64,000 nucleotides of DNA from Phycisphaeraceae bacterium. GTDB taxonomy: Bacteria; Planctomycetota; Phycisphaerae; Phycisphaerales; Zrk34. The notes below the pieces were generated by a model. The model was given only the letters and a program-made list of their open reading frames with translations, was not told the origin of the DNA and ran no database searches. Positions 47,589 through 56,211 of the stretch are shown piece after piece (within the stretch, counting starts at the first letter, position 1; each line of letters starts with the position of its first letter). Location: assembly GCA_040905565.1 (NCBI GenBank), contig JBBDRF010000092.1, positions 32,001 to 96,000 of the forward strand, read 5' to 3'. Both the position numbers and the translations under genes were made by a program.

Positions 47589-49274
47589 ATGACGAAAAGG
47601 GGGACAGCCGCGAGCCGTTTGCTCCAAGCCGCGCTGCTGCTGTGCCTCCTCGCCATCGGTTGCGAAAGCCCCGGCCGAACCGCCGCCGTCACCCCCTATT
47701 ATCAGCACGATTACCCCACCGCCCGCCAACAGCTTCGGCCCCTCGCCGCCGACCGCCGCAGCGAAGACGTCCTCCTGAACAACATGCGACTCGGCCTCGC
47801 CGCCATGGCCGACGGCGACCACCACGAAGCCGAGCGCTCCCTCCTCCGCGCTTACGAATACCTCCGAACAGGCGGCATCAACGAAGCCGACCGCACCGTC
47901 TTCTCCACCGTCCTCTACGAAGGCATCCGCGTCTGGAAGGGCGAGCCCTACGAACAGGCGATGAGCTACTACTACATCGCGGCCTACCACATGCTCATCC
48001 AGGATTGGGAGAACGCCCGCGCCGCCGCCTCCAACGCCCTGTTCACCCTCCGCGATTTCGACGACGCCGGCAACGAACCGCAGGATATGCACGACCTCGT
48101 CACCGATGCCGCCCGCGCCGAACGCCTCGGCGAAAAAGATTACTTCACCAACGCCTACCGCCCCGTCGAATCCGAATTCGCGCTCGGCTACCTCGTCGCC
48201 GCCACCAACTACGTCCTCATGGGCCAGCCCGCCGACGGCGCCGACATGTTCGACCTCGTCCGCCAGATGAGGCCCGACCTCGCACCACTCGCCGACGAAC
48301 TCCAGCACGGCTCCTACGACACACTCCTGCTCGTCGACGTCGGCCGCGGCCCCCGCAAAGAAGCCTACGGCCCCGACGGCGCACTCATCCGCTATCGGCC
48401 CGACGGACGTCGCACGCCCCCGCTGAGGCTCACCGCCAGCATTCCCGGGCAGGGCCTTGAGCACGTCGGCACCCGGCCGGTCGTCGATCTCTGGCGCCTC
48501 AGTCAATACCCACGCTGGTGGTCGCTGGAGAGCATGCGAAAAGCCAAGAGCGACGTCGGCACCGTCCTGCTGGGCGGCGGCCTCGGTGCTGCCTACATCG
48601 GCTCAGGCTTTGAAAGTCGTGAAGCCGTTTACGCAGGCCTCGCCGCAGCCGCGCTCGGCGCTGCCATGAAAGCCAGCGCCAAAGCCGACACCAGGCATCT
48701 CGAGTTCCTCCCGCGGGCCGTCTTCATGGTGCCTCTCGAGCTCGGGCCCGGCCGCCACGACGTGCAGCTGCACATCCAGAACGACGCCGGCTCCAGCGCC
48801 ACCTGGCACGATCTTGAAGCCGGCGAAACAGGCCAGCCCAGCGTCTACTTCCTCCGCATGCACAACGCCGGCGGCCGAGGCATGCCCCGCTGGCCCGATC
48901 AACCCCTCTACGCCGTTGAACCCTATCAGCTGCGCCAGGGCCATCGCCCCTGGATCATGGGCGGCCCCGACCTCTCCCCACCCTCGCCCGAACTGCTCGA
49001 ACGCTACCAATCGCTCGGCATGTTCCCGGACTGGACCTACGCCCAGTTCCAAGCCCTCTACGAAGACGAAGGCCTCCGCTTCCAGTTCGGCCCCATCGAA
49101 CCCCGCGAAGGCGACGGGAAAAGGTGGGGGGGGCATGTGACCGAGGGGGGTAACGTGCTGTTCACCCCGCCGCCCGGCAACCACCTTTACCAGCGCCTGC
49201 GCCGCACCAGTCATCCGCCGTACTCACCACGCAGCGAAACCCTGCGAAATACCGTGCAAAGGAGCGAACCTTGA
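47589..49274 (+). CDS. TPR-like lipoprotein with glycine-zipper segment (COG3014-like)
   Basis: Lipobox LAIGC; WKGEPYEQAMSYYY..DWENARA; GRGPRK; GGGLGAAYIG/AGLAAAALGAA; KADTRHLEFLP. Confidence 0.65.
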   Translation: MTKRGTAASRLLQAALLLCLLAIGCESPGRTAAVTPYYQHDYPTARQQLRPLAADRRSEDVLLNNMRLGLAAMADGDHHEAERSLLRAYEYLRTGGINEADRTVFSTVLYEGIRVWKGEPYEQAMSYYYIAAYHMLIQDWENARAAASNALFTLRDFDDAGNEPQDMHDLVTDAARAERLGEKDYFTNAYRPVESEFALGYLVAATNYVLMGQPADGADMFDLVRQMRPDLAPLADELQHGSYDTLLLVDVGRGPRKEAYGPDGALIRYRPDGRRTPPLRLTASIPGQGLEHVGTRPVVDLWRLSQYPRWWSLESMRKAKSDVGTVLLGGGLGAAYIGSGFESREAVYAGLAAAALGAAMKASAKADTRHLEFLPRAVFMVPLELGPGRHDVQLHIQNDAGSSATWHDLEAGETGQPSVYFLRMHNAGGRGMPRWPDQPLYAVEPYQLRQGHRPWIMGGPDLSPPSPELLERYQSLGMFPDWTYAQFQALYEDEGLRFQFGPIEPREGDGKRWGGHVTEGGNVLFTPPPGNHLYQRLRRTSHPPYSPRSETLRNTVQRSEP

Positions 49275-49678
49275 AACGCATCAACCTCCCCCTCTCGCTT
49301 GTCGCGATCCTGCTCGTCACCGTCGGCTGCCAGTCCACAGCCATCGTGCCAGGCCAGTACGACGACGCCGCCGTCTACCCCAACGTCACCCTCTCACAGG
49401 ACTCGCTCCAAAAAGCGCTCGGCTTCCAGGAGCCCGCCCTCAGCCGCACCGAAAACGACCTGATGCGCGTCACCGTCCCCGTCCGTGCCCGCAGCAACGA
49501 GATGCTCAACATTGAGTACCGCGTCATTTGGCTCGATCGTGACGGTGCCCCCGTCCGTCCGGAAATGATCTGGACACCGCTTCGCCTCGAGCCGCGTCAG
49601 CCGCAATACGTCTCAGCCGCTGCGTCCAGCCCCGCCGCCACGAACTACAACATCCAGTTCCGCTGGGGCCGCCCGTAA
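49271..49678 (+). CDS. YcfL/DUF1425-like lipoprotein
   Basis: Lipobox VTVGC; IEYRVIWLDRDG...WTPLRL...SSPAATNY. Confidence 0.75.
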   Translation: MKRINLPLSLVAILLVTVGCQSTAIVPGQYDDAAVYPNVTLSQDSLQKALGFQEPALSRTENDLMRVTVPVRARSNEMLNIEYRVIWLDRDGAPVRPEMIWTPLRLEPRQPQYVSAAASSPAATNYNIQFRWGRP

Positions 49679-49747
49679 CCGCCGCTGCTCAAGCGCCATT
49701 GCCCGCAACATCAACTTCCCCCCACAGAAAAAGATTCGGAGCTTCAC

Positions 49748-50326
49748 ATGAACCGCTCTACCAACCTTTCGCCTCTTCGTCTGACCGCTGCCCTCGCGCT
49801 CGCCTCTGTTTTCATGGGAGCGATCGGCTGCTCCACTACCCCACGTGATGAGGGCACGCCCAAGAGTCATCGCCTGGAAAGTCGCCTGCCCAGCGAAGGC
49901 TCGCAGCTCGGCAGCGGTGATCTGGTCGTCGCCTCGCAGCAGGCCGTGGCAGGCATCGCCGACGTGCCGGAGATCAAGGACGCGCCCGAGCGCACCATCA
50001 TCGTGATGGACCGCGTCGGCAACGAAACCTCCGACCGTACCGCCAATTTCCAGATCTACCTCGCCCGCATCCGCGCCAACCTCAACCAGTCCGGCGCTCG
50101 CCACAACCTCGCATTCGTGGAGACGCGCAGCCGCGCTGAGCAGATCAAACAGCGTGAGGGCATCCCCGCCGGCGAAGCCTCCCGCACCCGCCCCAACTAC
50201 GCGCTCACCGGCGTCTTCTACGACATGCCCCGCGGCCGCACCAACTATTACCTGCTCACGTTCCAGCTGGTCGACCTCACCGACGACATCGTCATCTGGG
50301 AAGACAGCTACGAAGTTAAACTCTGA
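49748..50326 (+). CDS. LpoB/CsgG-like lipoprotein (paralog 2)
   Basis: Lipobox AIGC; QLGSGDLVV; VGNETSD; YLLTFQLVDLTDDIVIWEDSYEVK. Confidence 0.72.
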   Translation: MNRSTNLSPLRLTAALALASVFMGAIGCSTTPRDEGTPKSHRLESRLPSEGSQLGSGDLVVASQQAVAGIADVPEIKDAPERTIIVMDRVGNETSDRTANFQIYLARIRANLNQSGARHNLAFVETRSRAEQIKQREGIPAGEASRTRPNYALTGVFYDMPRGRTNYYLLTFQLVDLTDDIVIWEDSYEVKL

Positions 50327-50336
50327 CGGCACCAAC

Positions 50337-50362
50337 GTTAGCGGGCGATCTCAGATCGCCGT
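50337..50362. repeat. REP-like element, family C, between convergent genes
   Basis: GTTAGCGGGCGATCTCAGATCGCCGT; GGCGATC/GATCGCC hairpin. Confidence 0.7.
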
Positions 50363-50368
50363 TGCGCG

Positions 50369-50863
50369 CTAGGAATGCCCGCCGCCCTGCATGGTCGCCA
50401 CGGCATGAGGCAGCACGTCCAGCAGGGCCTCGACCCATTCCGTCGCGCCCTTCTTCGAGCCCGGCAGGTTCACGATCAGCGTTTCGCCGAGCGTGCCCGC
50501 CACGCCACGCGAGAGGAAGGTGCGGACGGTTTTCTCCGCCGTGCGCGTGTACGCAAGTTGAATGAGGCCGGGATGTTGCCGCTCGATCACGCCCAGCGTC
50601 GCCTCGGGGGTCACATCACGCGGCCCAAGCCCCGTGCCGCCGGCTGTAAAGATTAAATTCGGCAGCGGGTCCACGCTCGCCCAGTGCCGAAGCCACTCGC
50701 CGATCTGGTCCATGTCATCAGGGACGCACGCCGACCCGACCACTTCCGCGTTCAGGCGATCTCGCAGCAATTGGGCGACGGCCGGGCCTGCGGTGTCCTC
50801 CGATTCGCCGCGTGAGCAGCGGTCAGAAACCGTCAGCACCGCCGCTGTGATGCGCACAGTCAT
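50369..50863 (-). CDS. Molybdopterin adenylyltransferase (MogA/MoaB family)
   Basis: LTVSDR, GGTGLGPRDVTPEA, LSRGVAG, NLPGS. Confidence 0.93.
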   Translation of the reverse strand: MTVRITAAVLTVSDRCSRGESEDTAGPAVAQLLRDRLNAEVVGSACVPDDMDQIGEWLRHWASVDPLPNLIFTAGGTGLGPRDVTPEATLGVIERQHPGLIQLAYTRTAEKTVRTFLSRGVAGTLGETLIVNLPGSKKGATEWVEALLDVLPHAVATMQGGGHS

Positions 50864-50909
50864 GGCAGAATTCCTGTCATTACGTTCGATTACGATCCGT
50901 TACGCTTGA

Positions 50910-51416
50910 TTACTTCGGGAAGTCTGAGGGGTGGGGTCTGACGGTCCCGCGGCGGCCGCCGGTCTTCTCGATGAGGCGGACCGACTCGATCACCATCGCC
51001 GGATCGACCGCCTTGCCCATGTCGATCACGGTGAGTGCTGCGACGGTCGCCGCGGTGTAAGCTTCCATCTCGACGCCCGTCTTCGATGCCGTTTTCGCCA
51101 CCGCCTGAATGTAAACGCAACTGCTGCCGAGCGCGAGCTGAACGTCCACATGATCCAGCGGCAAACCGTGACACAGCGGGATCAGATCATCGGTCCGCTT
51201 GGCCGCCATGATGCCCGCAAGTCTTGCTACTTCCAGCACATCGCCCTTGCCCACCTCATGAGCGCGGATGGCCTCAGCTAGGGCCGTGTTGATCCGCACG
51301 CGCGCTTCCGCGACGGCCCGGCGGGTCGTCACGGCCTTATCACTGACGTCGACCATGCGCGCCCGGCCGCTCTCATCCATATGCGTTAGCTGCACCTGTC
51401 GCTTATTTTCGGTCAA
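50910..51416 (-). CDS. moaC: Cyclic pyranopterin monophosphate synthase
   Basis: [38 protein letters not shown] start with SD GGAGG overlapping the moeA stop. Confidence 0.95.
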   Translation of the reverse strand: MTENKRQVQLTHMDESGRARMVDVSDKAVTTRRAVAEARVRINTALAEAIRAHEVGKGDVLEVARLAGIMAAKRTDDLIPLCHGLPLDHVDVQLALGSSCVYIQAVAKTASKTGVEMEAYTAATVAALTVIDMGKAVDPAMVIESVRLIEKTGGRRGTVRPHPSDFPK

Positions 51417-52645
51417 CAACTGACCTCCCATCGGTAAAACGGCCACGGCCCCTCGCCGCCCGCGTTCGGCGGCAACTGTACAAATCCATCACTCTTCGCA
51501 ATCGAAACCACGTCCCCCGACCCCCGCGTGGGCACCAGTTCCGCGAGCCCGTCACCGATCACACGGACCGGGCGGTGCAACCACAAGCTAATGACTTTAC
51601 TATCGTTATACTCGCGTAATCGCACCACGGGTTGATGCTGAATCGGATGACGCCAGCCCGCGAGTTTCCGAAGCAGCGGGATGCCGATCAGGCGCGCGGT
51701 GACCATCACCGACATCGGATTACCCGGCAAGCCCACCACCAATTGCCCCCTCGGACCGATCGCGCCAAGCAGCGGTTTTCCCGGCCGAATCGGCAGTTTG
51801 TGGAACACCAACTCACACCCCGCCTGCCTGAGAATCTCGGGCACAAAGTCGTGCGTCCCCATCGAAACGCCACCCGTCAGCAGCAGCGCATCGGAGCGGT
51901 GCAACGCATCGATCACCGCTTGCATCAACGCGTTACGATCATCCGCTGCCCGCTCGCTGCGCTGGCAGTTCACCCACGGCAGCCCGTGCAACAGCGTGCG
52001 TAAAGCCGGTCCGTTGGAATCACGAATCTGCCAGTCGGCTGCGGGTTCGCCGGGCTCCAGCAGTTCATCGCCCGTGATGATCAGCCCCACACGCACCCGC
52101 TTTCGCACGGCTAGTCGCCCTGATCCGAAACTGGCGAGGGCCGTCGCGACAGCAGGCGTGACGGGATGCCCCGCTTCGAGGACGGGTTCGTTGGCAGCGC
52201 CGTTCTCGCCGCGTCGGCGGATGGACTGGCCGGGCTTGATGGCGGCTGCGTTGTGCAGCACGACCCAGCCCTCGCCCTCGTCGGTATCTTCACGGCGGAT
52301 CACCGCCTCGGCCCCCGGAGGCACCACCGCCCCGGTCATGATGCGCATCGCCTTGCCACGCTCAAGAGGCTGACTCGGCTGGCCCGCCAGGATCGTCCCC
52401 GCGACAGGCAGTCGCCCGCCTTCTGCCTGAGTGGCATCGCTGAGGCGAAGGGCGTAGCCGTCCATCGCGCTCACGTCGGCAGGGGGGGATGGGCGGTCGG
52501 TGCGGATCGGCTCGGCACACACGCGCCCAGCGGCGTGTGCCAAAGTCACATTCTCCGTCGCCAGCGGATCGAGCCGGCGCAGCATGGCTTCGATCGCCTC
52601 GGTCGGGCTAAGTGGTGGAGAGGGTGGGGGGGTGGGGGGGGTCAC
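51413..52645 (-). CDS. moeA: Molybdopterin molybdotransferase
   Basis: SAMDGYA, RIMTGA..P, TGDEL, DSNG, TGGVSMG..D, RPGKP, LPGNP. Confidence 0.95.
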   Translation of the reverse strand: MTPPTPPPSPPLSPTEAIEAMLRRLDPLATENVTLAHAAGRVCAEPIRTDRPSPPADVSAMDGYALRLSDATQAEGGRLPVAGTILAGQPSQPLERGKAMRIMTGAVVPPGAEAVIRREDTDEGEGWVVLHNAAAIKPGQSIRRRGENGAANEPVLEAGHPVTPAVATALASFGSGRLAVRKRVRVGLIITGDELLEPGEPAADWQIRDSNGPALRTLLHGLPWVNCQRSERAADDRNALMQAVIDALHRSDALLLTGGVSMGTHDFVPEILRQAGCELVFHKLPIRPGKPLLGAIGPRGQLVVGLPGNPMSVMVTARLIGIPLLRKLAGWRHPIQHQPVVRLREYNDSKVISLWLHRPVRVIGDGLAELVPTRGSGDVVSIAKSDGFVQLPPNAGGEGPWPFYRWEVSC

Positions 52646-52668
52646 GGTTGTACTATACAATCTTGACC
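52646..52668. promoter_or_regulatory. Bidirectional overlapping -10 boxes for leaderless moeA and moaD
   Basis: + TACAAT at 52656-52661, 7 nt before the moaD ATG; - TATAGT at 52657-52652, 6 nt before the moeA GTG. Confidence 0.6.
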
Positions 52669-52953
52669 ATGCGTGTCACCGTAAAGCTATTCGCCAACGA
52701 GGCCAGGCTGGCCGGCAGTCGGGAGATCGAACTGGAACTTGCCAGCGAGGCCCCGACTGCAGCCGATGTCCGCCGTGCCTTGGCCGAGCGACTCCCGGCC
52801 TTGAAGAATCAACTGACCCAGCACGCGGAAAAGGCAGCGGGCAAGGTGGGGGGGGGTGGGGGGGTTGCGGTGAATTATGAGTTTGTGGATGACGCGACGG
52901 TGATTCAGGCTGGCGATGAGATCGCCTACATCGGGCAGGTGAGTGGCGGATGA
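52669..52953 (+). CDS. moaD: Molybdopterin synthase sulfur carrier (MoaD/ThiS)
   Basis: VKLFA..R..AG, VAVN.EFV, GDEIA, C-terminal VSGG. Confidence 0.9.
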   Translation: MRVTVKLFANEARLAGSREIELELASEAPTAADVRRALAERLPALKNQLTQHAEKAAGKVGGGGGVAVNYEFVDDATVIQAGDEIAYIGQVSGG

Positions 52954-53336
52954 GCGTTCACGTTTACATCGTCGATCATCCGCTGACCGAGGCAGCGGCG
53001 TGGCAGGTGCCGACTGGTGCGGGGGCGGTGCTGTGTTTCGAAGGCATCGCGCGGCCGCACGAAGATGATCGCCCCATCAAAGCACTGGATTACGAAGCGT
53101 ACCAGCCGATGGCGGAGCGGATGCTTCGGCGGATTGGCGAGGAAGCGGTGGCCGAGCATGGGCTGCTGGGGCTATGCGTGGAGCATTCGACGGGGCGCGT
53201 GGCAGCGGGGGAGTGTTCGTTCCGGCTGCGCATCGCTTCGGCACATCGCAAGGAGGGGCTGGCTGCGATGGATCAGTTCATCGACCGCATGAAGCAGGTC
53301 GTGCCGTTGTGGAAGCAGGCGGTTTACGTGGAGTGA
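52950..53336 (+). CDS. moaE: Molybdopterin synthase catalytic subunit
   Basis: GAVLCFEG, LDYEAY.PMA, SAHRKE, MKQVVPLWK. Confidence 0.93.
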   Translation: MSVHVYIVDHPLTEAAAWQVPTGAGAVLCFEGIARPHEDDRPIKALDYEAYQPMAERMLRRIGEEAVAEHGLLGLCVEHSTGRVAAGECSFRLRIASAHRKEGLAAMDQFIDRMKQVVPLWKQAVYVE

Positions 53337-53369
53337 GTTGAGCACGCCGAGGTGGTCGTCGGTCGGATG

Positions 53370-53540
53370 CACTGGTGGACAAGCCACCAGTGGCACGCAA
53401 CGGGTCGAACCGGGCCGTCTCGCTGCGCTCGCTGGCCCGGGCACCCTGCCGTCTTCGTTTCAGGCGTAGCGGAACTCAACAGAACGGGACGGTTCGCAGG
53501 CGTCCGACACACAACCGCTCCCTTACGGTCGCGGCTCGTA
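53370..53540. repeat. Cluster of three different REP-like palindromes in a convergent intergenic space
   Basis: CACTGGTGG-ACAAG-CCACCAGTG (53370-53392); family B (53411-53446); family A (53510-53540). Confidence 0.8.
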
Positions 53541-53548
53541 GTGAGCGT

Positions 53549-54139
53549 TTATGGGCGGCTGGGTGTTTGGCCGAGGGCGTTGGTGTAGCTGTATTCGAAG
53601 AGCAGCCACCATTCGCGCATCTGGATTTTCAGGCAGATATCGCGGAGGCGTTCGGAGGCAGGGTCGGCGGCCTGTTGGCACAGGTCGACAAACGTGGCGG
53701 GATTCCAGCGGCCTTCACGCTGAAGGTCCGACGTGCGGGCGTCGGCGCTCTGGCTGGCGAGCACCAGGGCGTCCTGATAGAGCGGTTCGAAGACGGGATG
53801 ATCACCCGCTTTGCTGAACCAATACTTGGCGTTGGGGTAGTCGGGCTCGCGGCGGTGGAGGATGCCGTGCCAGTAGCTGCCGGTCGGGGTGTGAATTGCC
53901 TGGCTGATGGCGTGGGAGGCATCGAAATGATCGTGGTAGAGTAGGACGCCGGCGACGGCTGCCTCGGCCATCTGTTTGTCAACCACATTCCGCCCGGCGA
54001 AGGCGTTTTCGACACTCAGGCTGCCGAGCTTTTCTGTCAGAGAGGAGGCCGGCTCGCCCGGGCCGAGGGGCATGGTGCGAGGCTGGCTTAGAAGATCGCC
54101 GAAGACGGTCCCGAACTGTGCGGTCTGTGTGTCATCCAT
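53549..54139 (-). CDS. Conserved-looking hypothetical protein
   Basis: SHAISQ..TGSYWHGILHRREPDYPNAKYWF motif; TATAAT 9 nt upstream of ATG. Confidence 0.75.
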   Translation of the reverse strand: MDDTQTAQFGTVFGDLLSQPRTMPLGPGEPASSLTEKLGSLSVENAFAGRNVVDKQMAEAAVAGVLLYHDHFDASHAISQAIHTPTGSYWHGILHRREPDYPNAKYWFSKAGDHPVFEPLYQDALVLASQSADARTSDLQREGRWNPATFVDLCQQAADPASERLRDICLKIQMREWWLLFEYSYTNALGQTPSRP

Positions 54140-54293
54140 GATGGATCGATTATATCCGGCTCAAACCACTTATATCAACCGGGGCGAAGATTGGATGCAA
54201 AAAAGTTTGCACGCCACTTTAACGGTGTTATACTTGACAGATGCAAGCTTTTCAGGCTTGCATTTATAACTTTGCCCCCGGAAGGGCTCGGTC

Positions 54294-55220
54294 TCACGTT
54301 TTCGTGGGCCGGGCCTTTTTAGTGTCACCATCTCCGGCGATGGTCTTGAGGAAGGTCGCGAGGGCTGAGCCGTAGCGACGCGGTTCGGTGGTGACCGCCT
54401 GAAGATGGCCGGCGTCGGTGAAGACTTCAAGCCGGGCATTCGGGGCGGCATCGGCGAGGTCGGAAGCGTGCTGCAGGGGCACGATCGGATCGTCGGAGCC
54501 GTGGATCACCAGCAAAGGCTGGCGTAGACGCGCCGCGGTCTTGACCGCATCGAACCCGCCGAACCCGGGCCGCCAGATGCGTAAAGCTGCCGCTCCCAGC
54601 CACAGCAGCGGGAAGGTCGGCAGCCGGCGCTGCTGCATGAACAGCCGCACCGCATCGACGGCCTGGCGATACGGTGAATCGACGATCACCGCGGCCACTT
54701 CATCAAGGCTGCTACGTCGGGCGGCTTCGAGCGCCACGGCAGCGCCCATCGAAAGGCCGAACAGGACGACGGGGTGATTGGGGATCGACTTTTGTAAGTG
54801 CTGAACGATGGCTTTCGCGTCGCGCCGCTCCGCTCGACCCCATTCGCAGGTGGCGCTGGTCGATTCGCCGTGGCCCCGCTGATCGAACAGCACGATTCGG
54901 CTGGCGTGGGGGCGCAGCATCGCCAGCCATGCGAGGCCGCTGAGACGGCTGCCGCCCCAGCCGTGGAGCATGATGAGAATCGGGCCCTCGGCGGCTGACC
55001 CCTCGACGAGCCAGAGTTCGGTTTCGCTGCCGTCGAATTGCGTCACGCGGTGCGTTTCGAAGGGCAGGTCCATTTCGCCGGGGTCGGTGGGCAGCCCGCG
55101 CGCCAACTGCGTGGTAAAAGTCCGCCGAGGTGGATGCGTCAGCGCATGGACGAGCATGGCGGTGGCGATAGCCAGCACCGCCAGTAATGCGACGAACATG
55201 AGAATTAGAAATCCAGCCAT
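54294..55220 (-). CDS. Alpha/beta hydrolase, membrane-anchored
   Basis: HGWGG, DQRGHG, GLSMG nucleophile, HGSDD, AGH. Confidence 0.9.
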   Translation of the reverse strand: MAGFLILMFVALLAVLAIATAMLVHALTHPPRRTFTTQLARGLPTDPGEMDLPFETHRVTQFDGSETELWLVEGSAAEGPILIMLHGWGGSRLSGLAWLAMLRPHASRIVLFDQRGHGESTSATCEWGRAERRDAKAIVQHLQKSIPNHPVVLFGLSMGAAVALEAARRSSLDEVAAVIVDSPYRQAVDAVRLFMQQRRLPTFPLLWLGAAALRIWRPGFGGFDAVKTAARLRQPLLVIHGSDDPIVPLQHASDLADAAPNARLEVFTDAGHLQAVTTEPRRYGSALATFLKTIAGDGDTKKARPTKT

Positions 55221-55322
55221 TCAATACGCAGCATAGCGGGAAAGTGGGGAGCGGGGTGGGTTGACGAGGCGGGGCATTCGTGCCATCTTGAGCGGACTTG
55301 TATTTAGCTCAGGAGCAACGTG

Positions 55323-56153
55323 ATGAGTGATCCCGCAAAGCGGCTTGGTGTGTGCAGTTGGTCCCTTCAGCCGGAGACGCCTGCCGAGTTGATCGCTGCG
55401 ATGAAAGAGATCGGGCTGGACCAGGTGCAGCTGGCACTGGATCCGTTGCGAGAGTCGCCGCAGTGGGCGGAGGCGCCGCAGCAGCTGGCGGACGCGGGCA
55501 TCAAGATTATCTCGGGCATGTTCGCCACGATCGGTGAGGATTACAGCACGCTGGAATCGATCCGGAAGACCGGCGGCATTGTGCCTGATGAGACGTGGGC
55601 GCAGAACTGGGCGAACATTGAGCGGACGGTGCCGATCGCGGAGAAGCTGGGCATTCGCATCATGCTGTTCCATGCGGGCTTTATTCCGCACGAAGCGGGC
55701 AACCCGACGTGGGAGAAGGTGCGCGACCGGGTGGGGCAGATTGCGGACCTTTATGCGGACGCGGATGTCACGCTGACGCTTGAGACGGGGCAGGAGGATG
55801 CGCCGACGCTTTTGAAGTTCATCAGCGAAGTCGATCGGCCGAACGTGGCGGTGAACTTCGATCCGGCGAACATGATTCTTTACGATAAGGGCGATCCGGT
55901 GGAGGCGTTGCGGACGCTGATGCCGCACGTCAGGCATATCCATATCAAGGACGCCGACCGCACCACGACGCCCGGCACATGGGGCACGGAGAAGCCGGCC
56001 GGTGAGGGGCAGGTCGACTGGGATGGCTTCTTTGCGGTGCTCGATGATGAACGCTACCAGGGCTACCTGGCGATCGAGCGTGAAGGCGGCGACCAGCGCG
56101 TGCAGGATATCCGCACGGCCAAGGAGATGGTGCTTCAGTACCTCGCCACGTAA
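55323..56153 (+). CDS. Sugar-phosphate isomerase/epimerase
   Basis: HAGFIP, LETGQE, NFDPANMILY, HIKD, IERE. Confidence 0.88.
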   Translation: MSDPAKRLGVCSWSLQPETPAELIAAMKEIGLDQVQLALDPLRESPQWAEAPQQLADAGIKIISGMFATIGEDYSTLESIRKTGGIVPDETWAQNWANIERTVPIAEKLGIRIMLFHAGFIPHEAGNPTWEKVRDRVGQIADLYADADVTLTLETGQEDAPTLLKFISEVDRPNVAVNFDPANMILYDKGDPVEALRTLMPHVRHIHIKDADRTTTPGTWGTEKPAGEGQVDWDGFFAVLDDERYQGYLAIEREGGDQRVQDIRTAKEMVLQYLAT

Positions 56154-56211
56154 GCAGTCGGCAACGGCGGGGGAAGGGGCATCTTTCACTCTGTCATACA
56201 GGAACCTTCAC

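Noticed and set aside
50369..53336. Moco cluster lacking moaA as an incomplete pathway
   Set aside because: moaA is often encoded elsewhere, so its absence from this window is uninformative.
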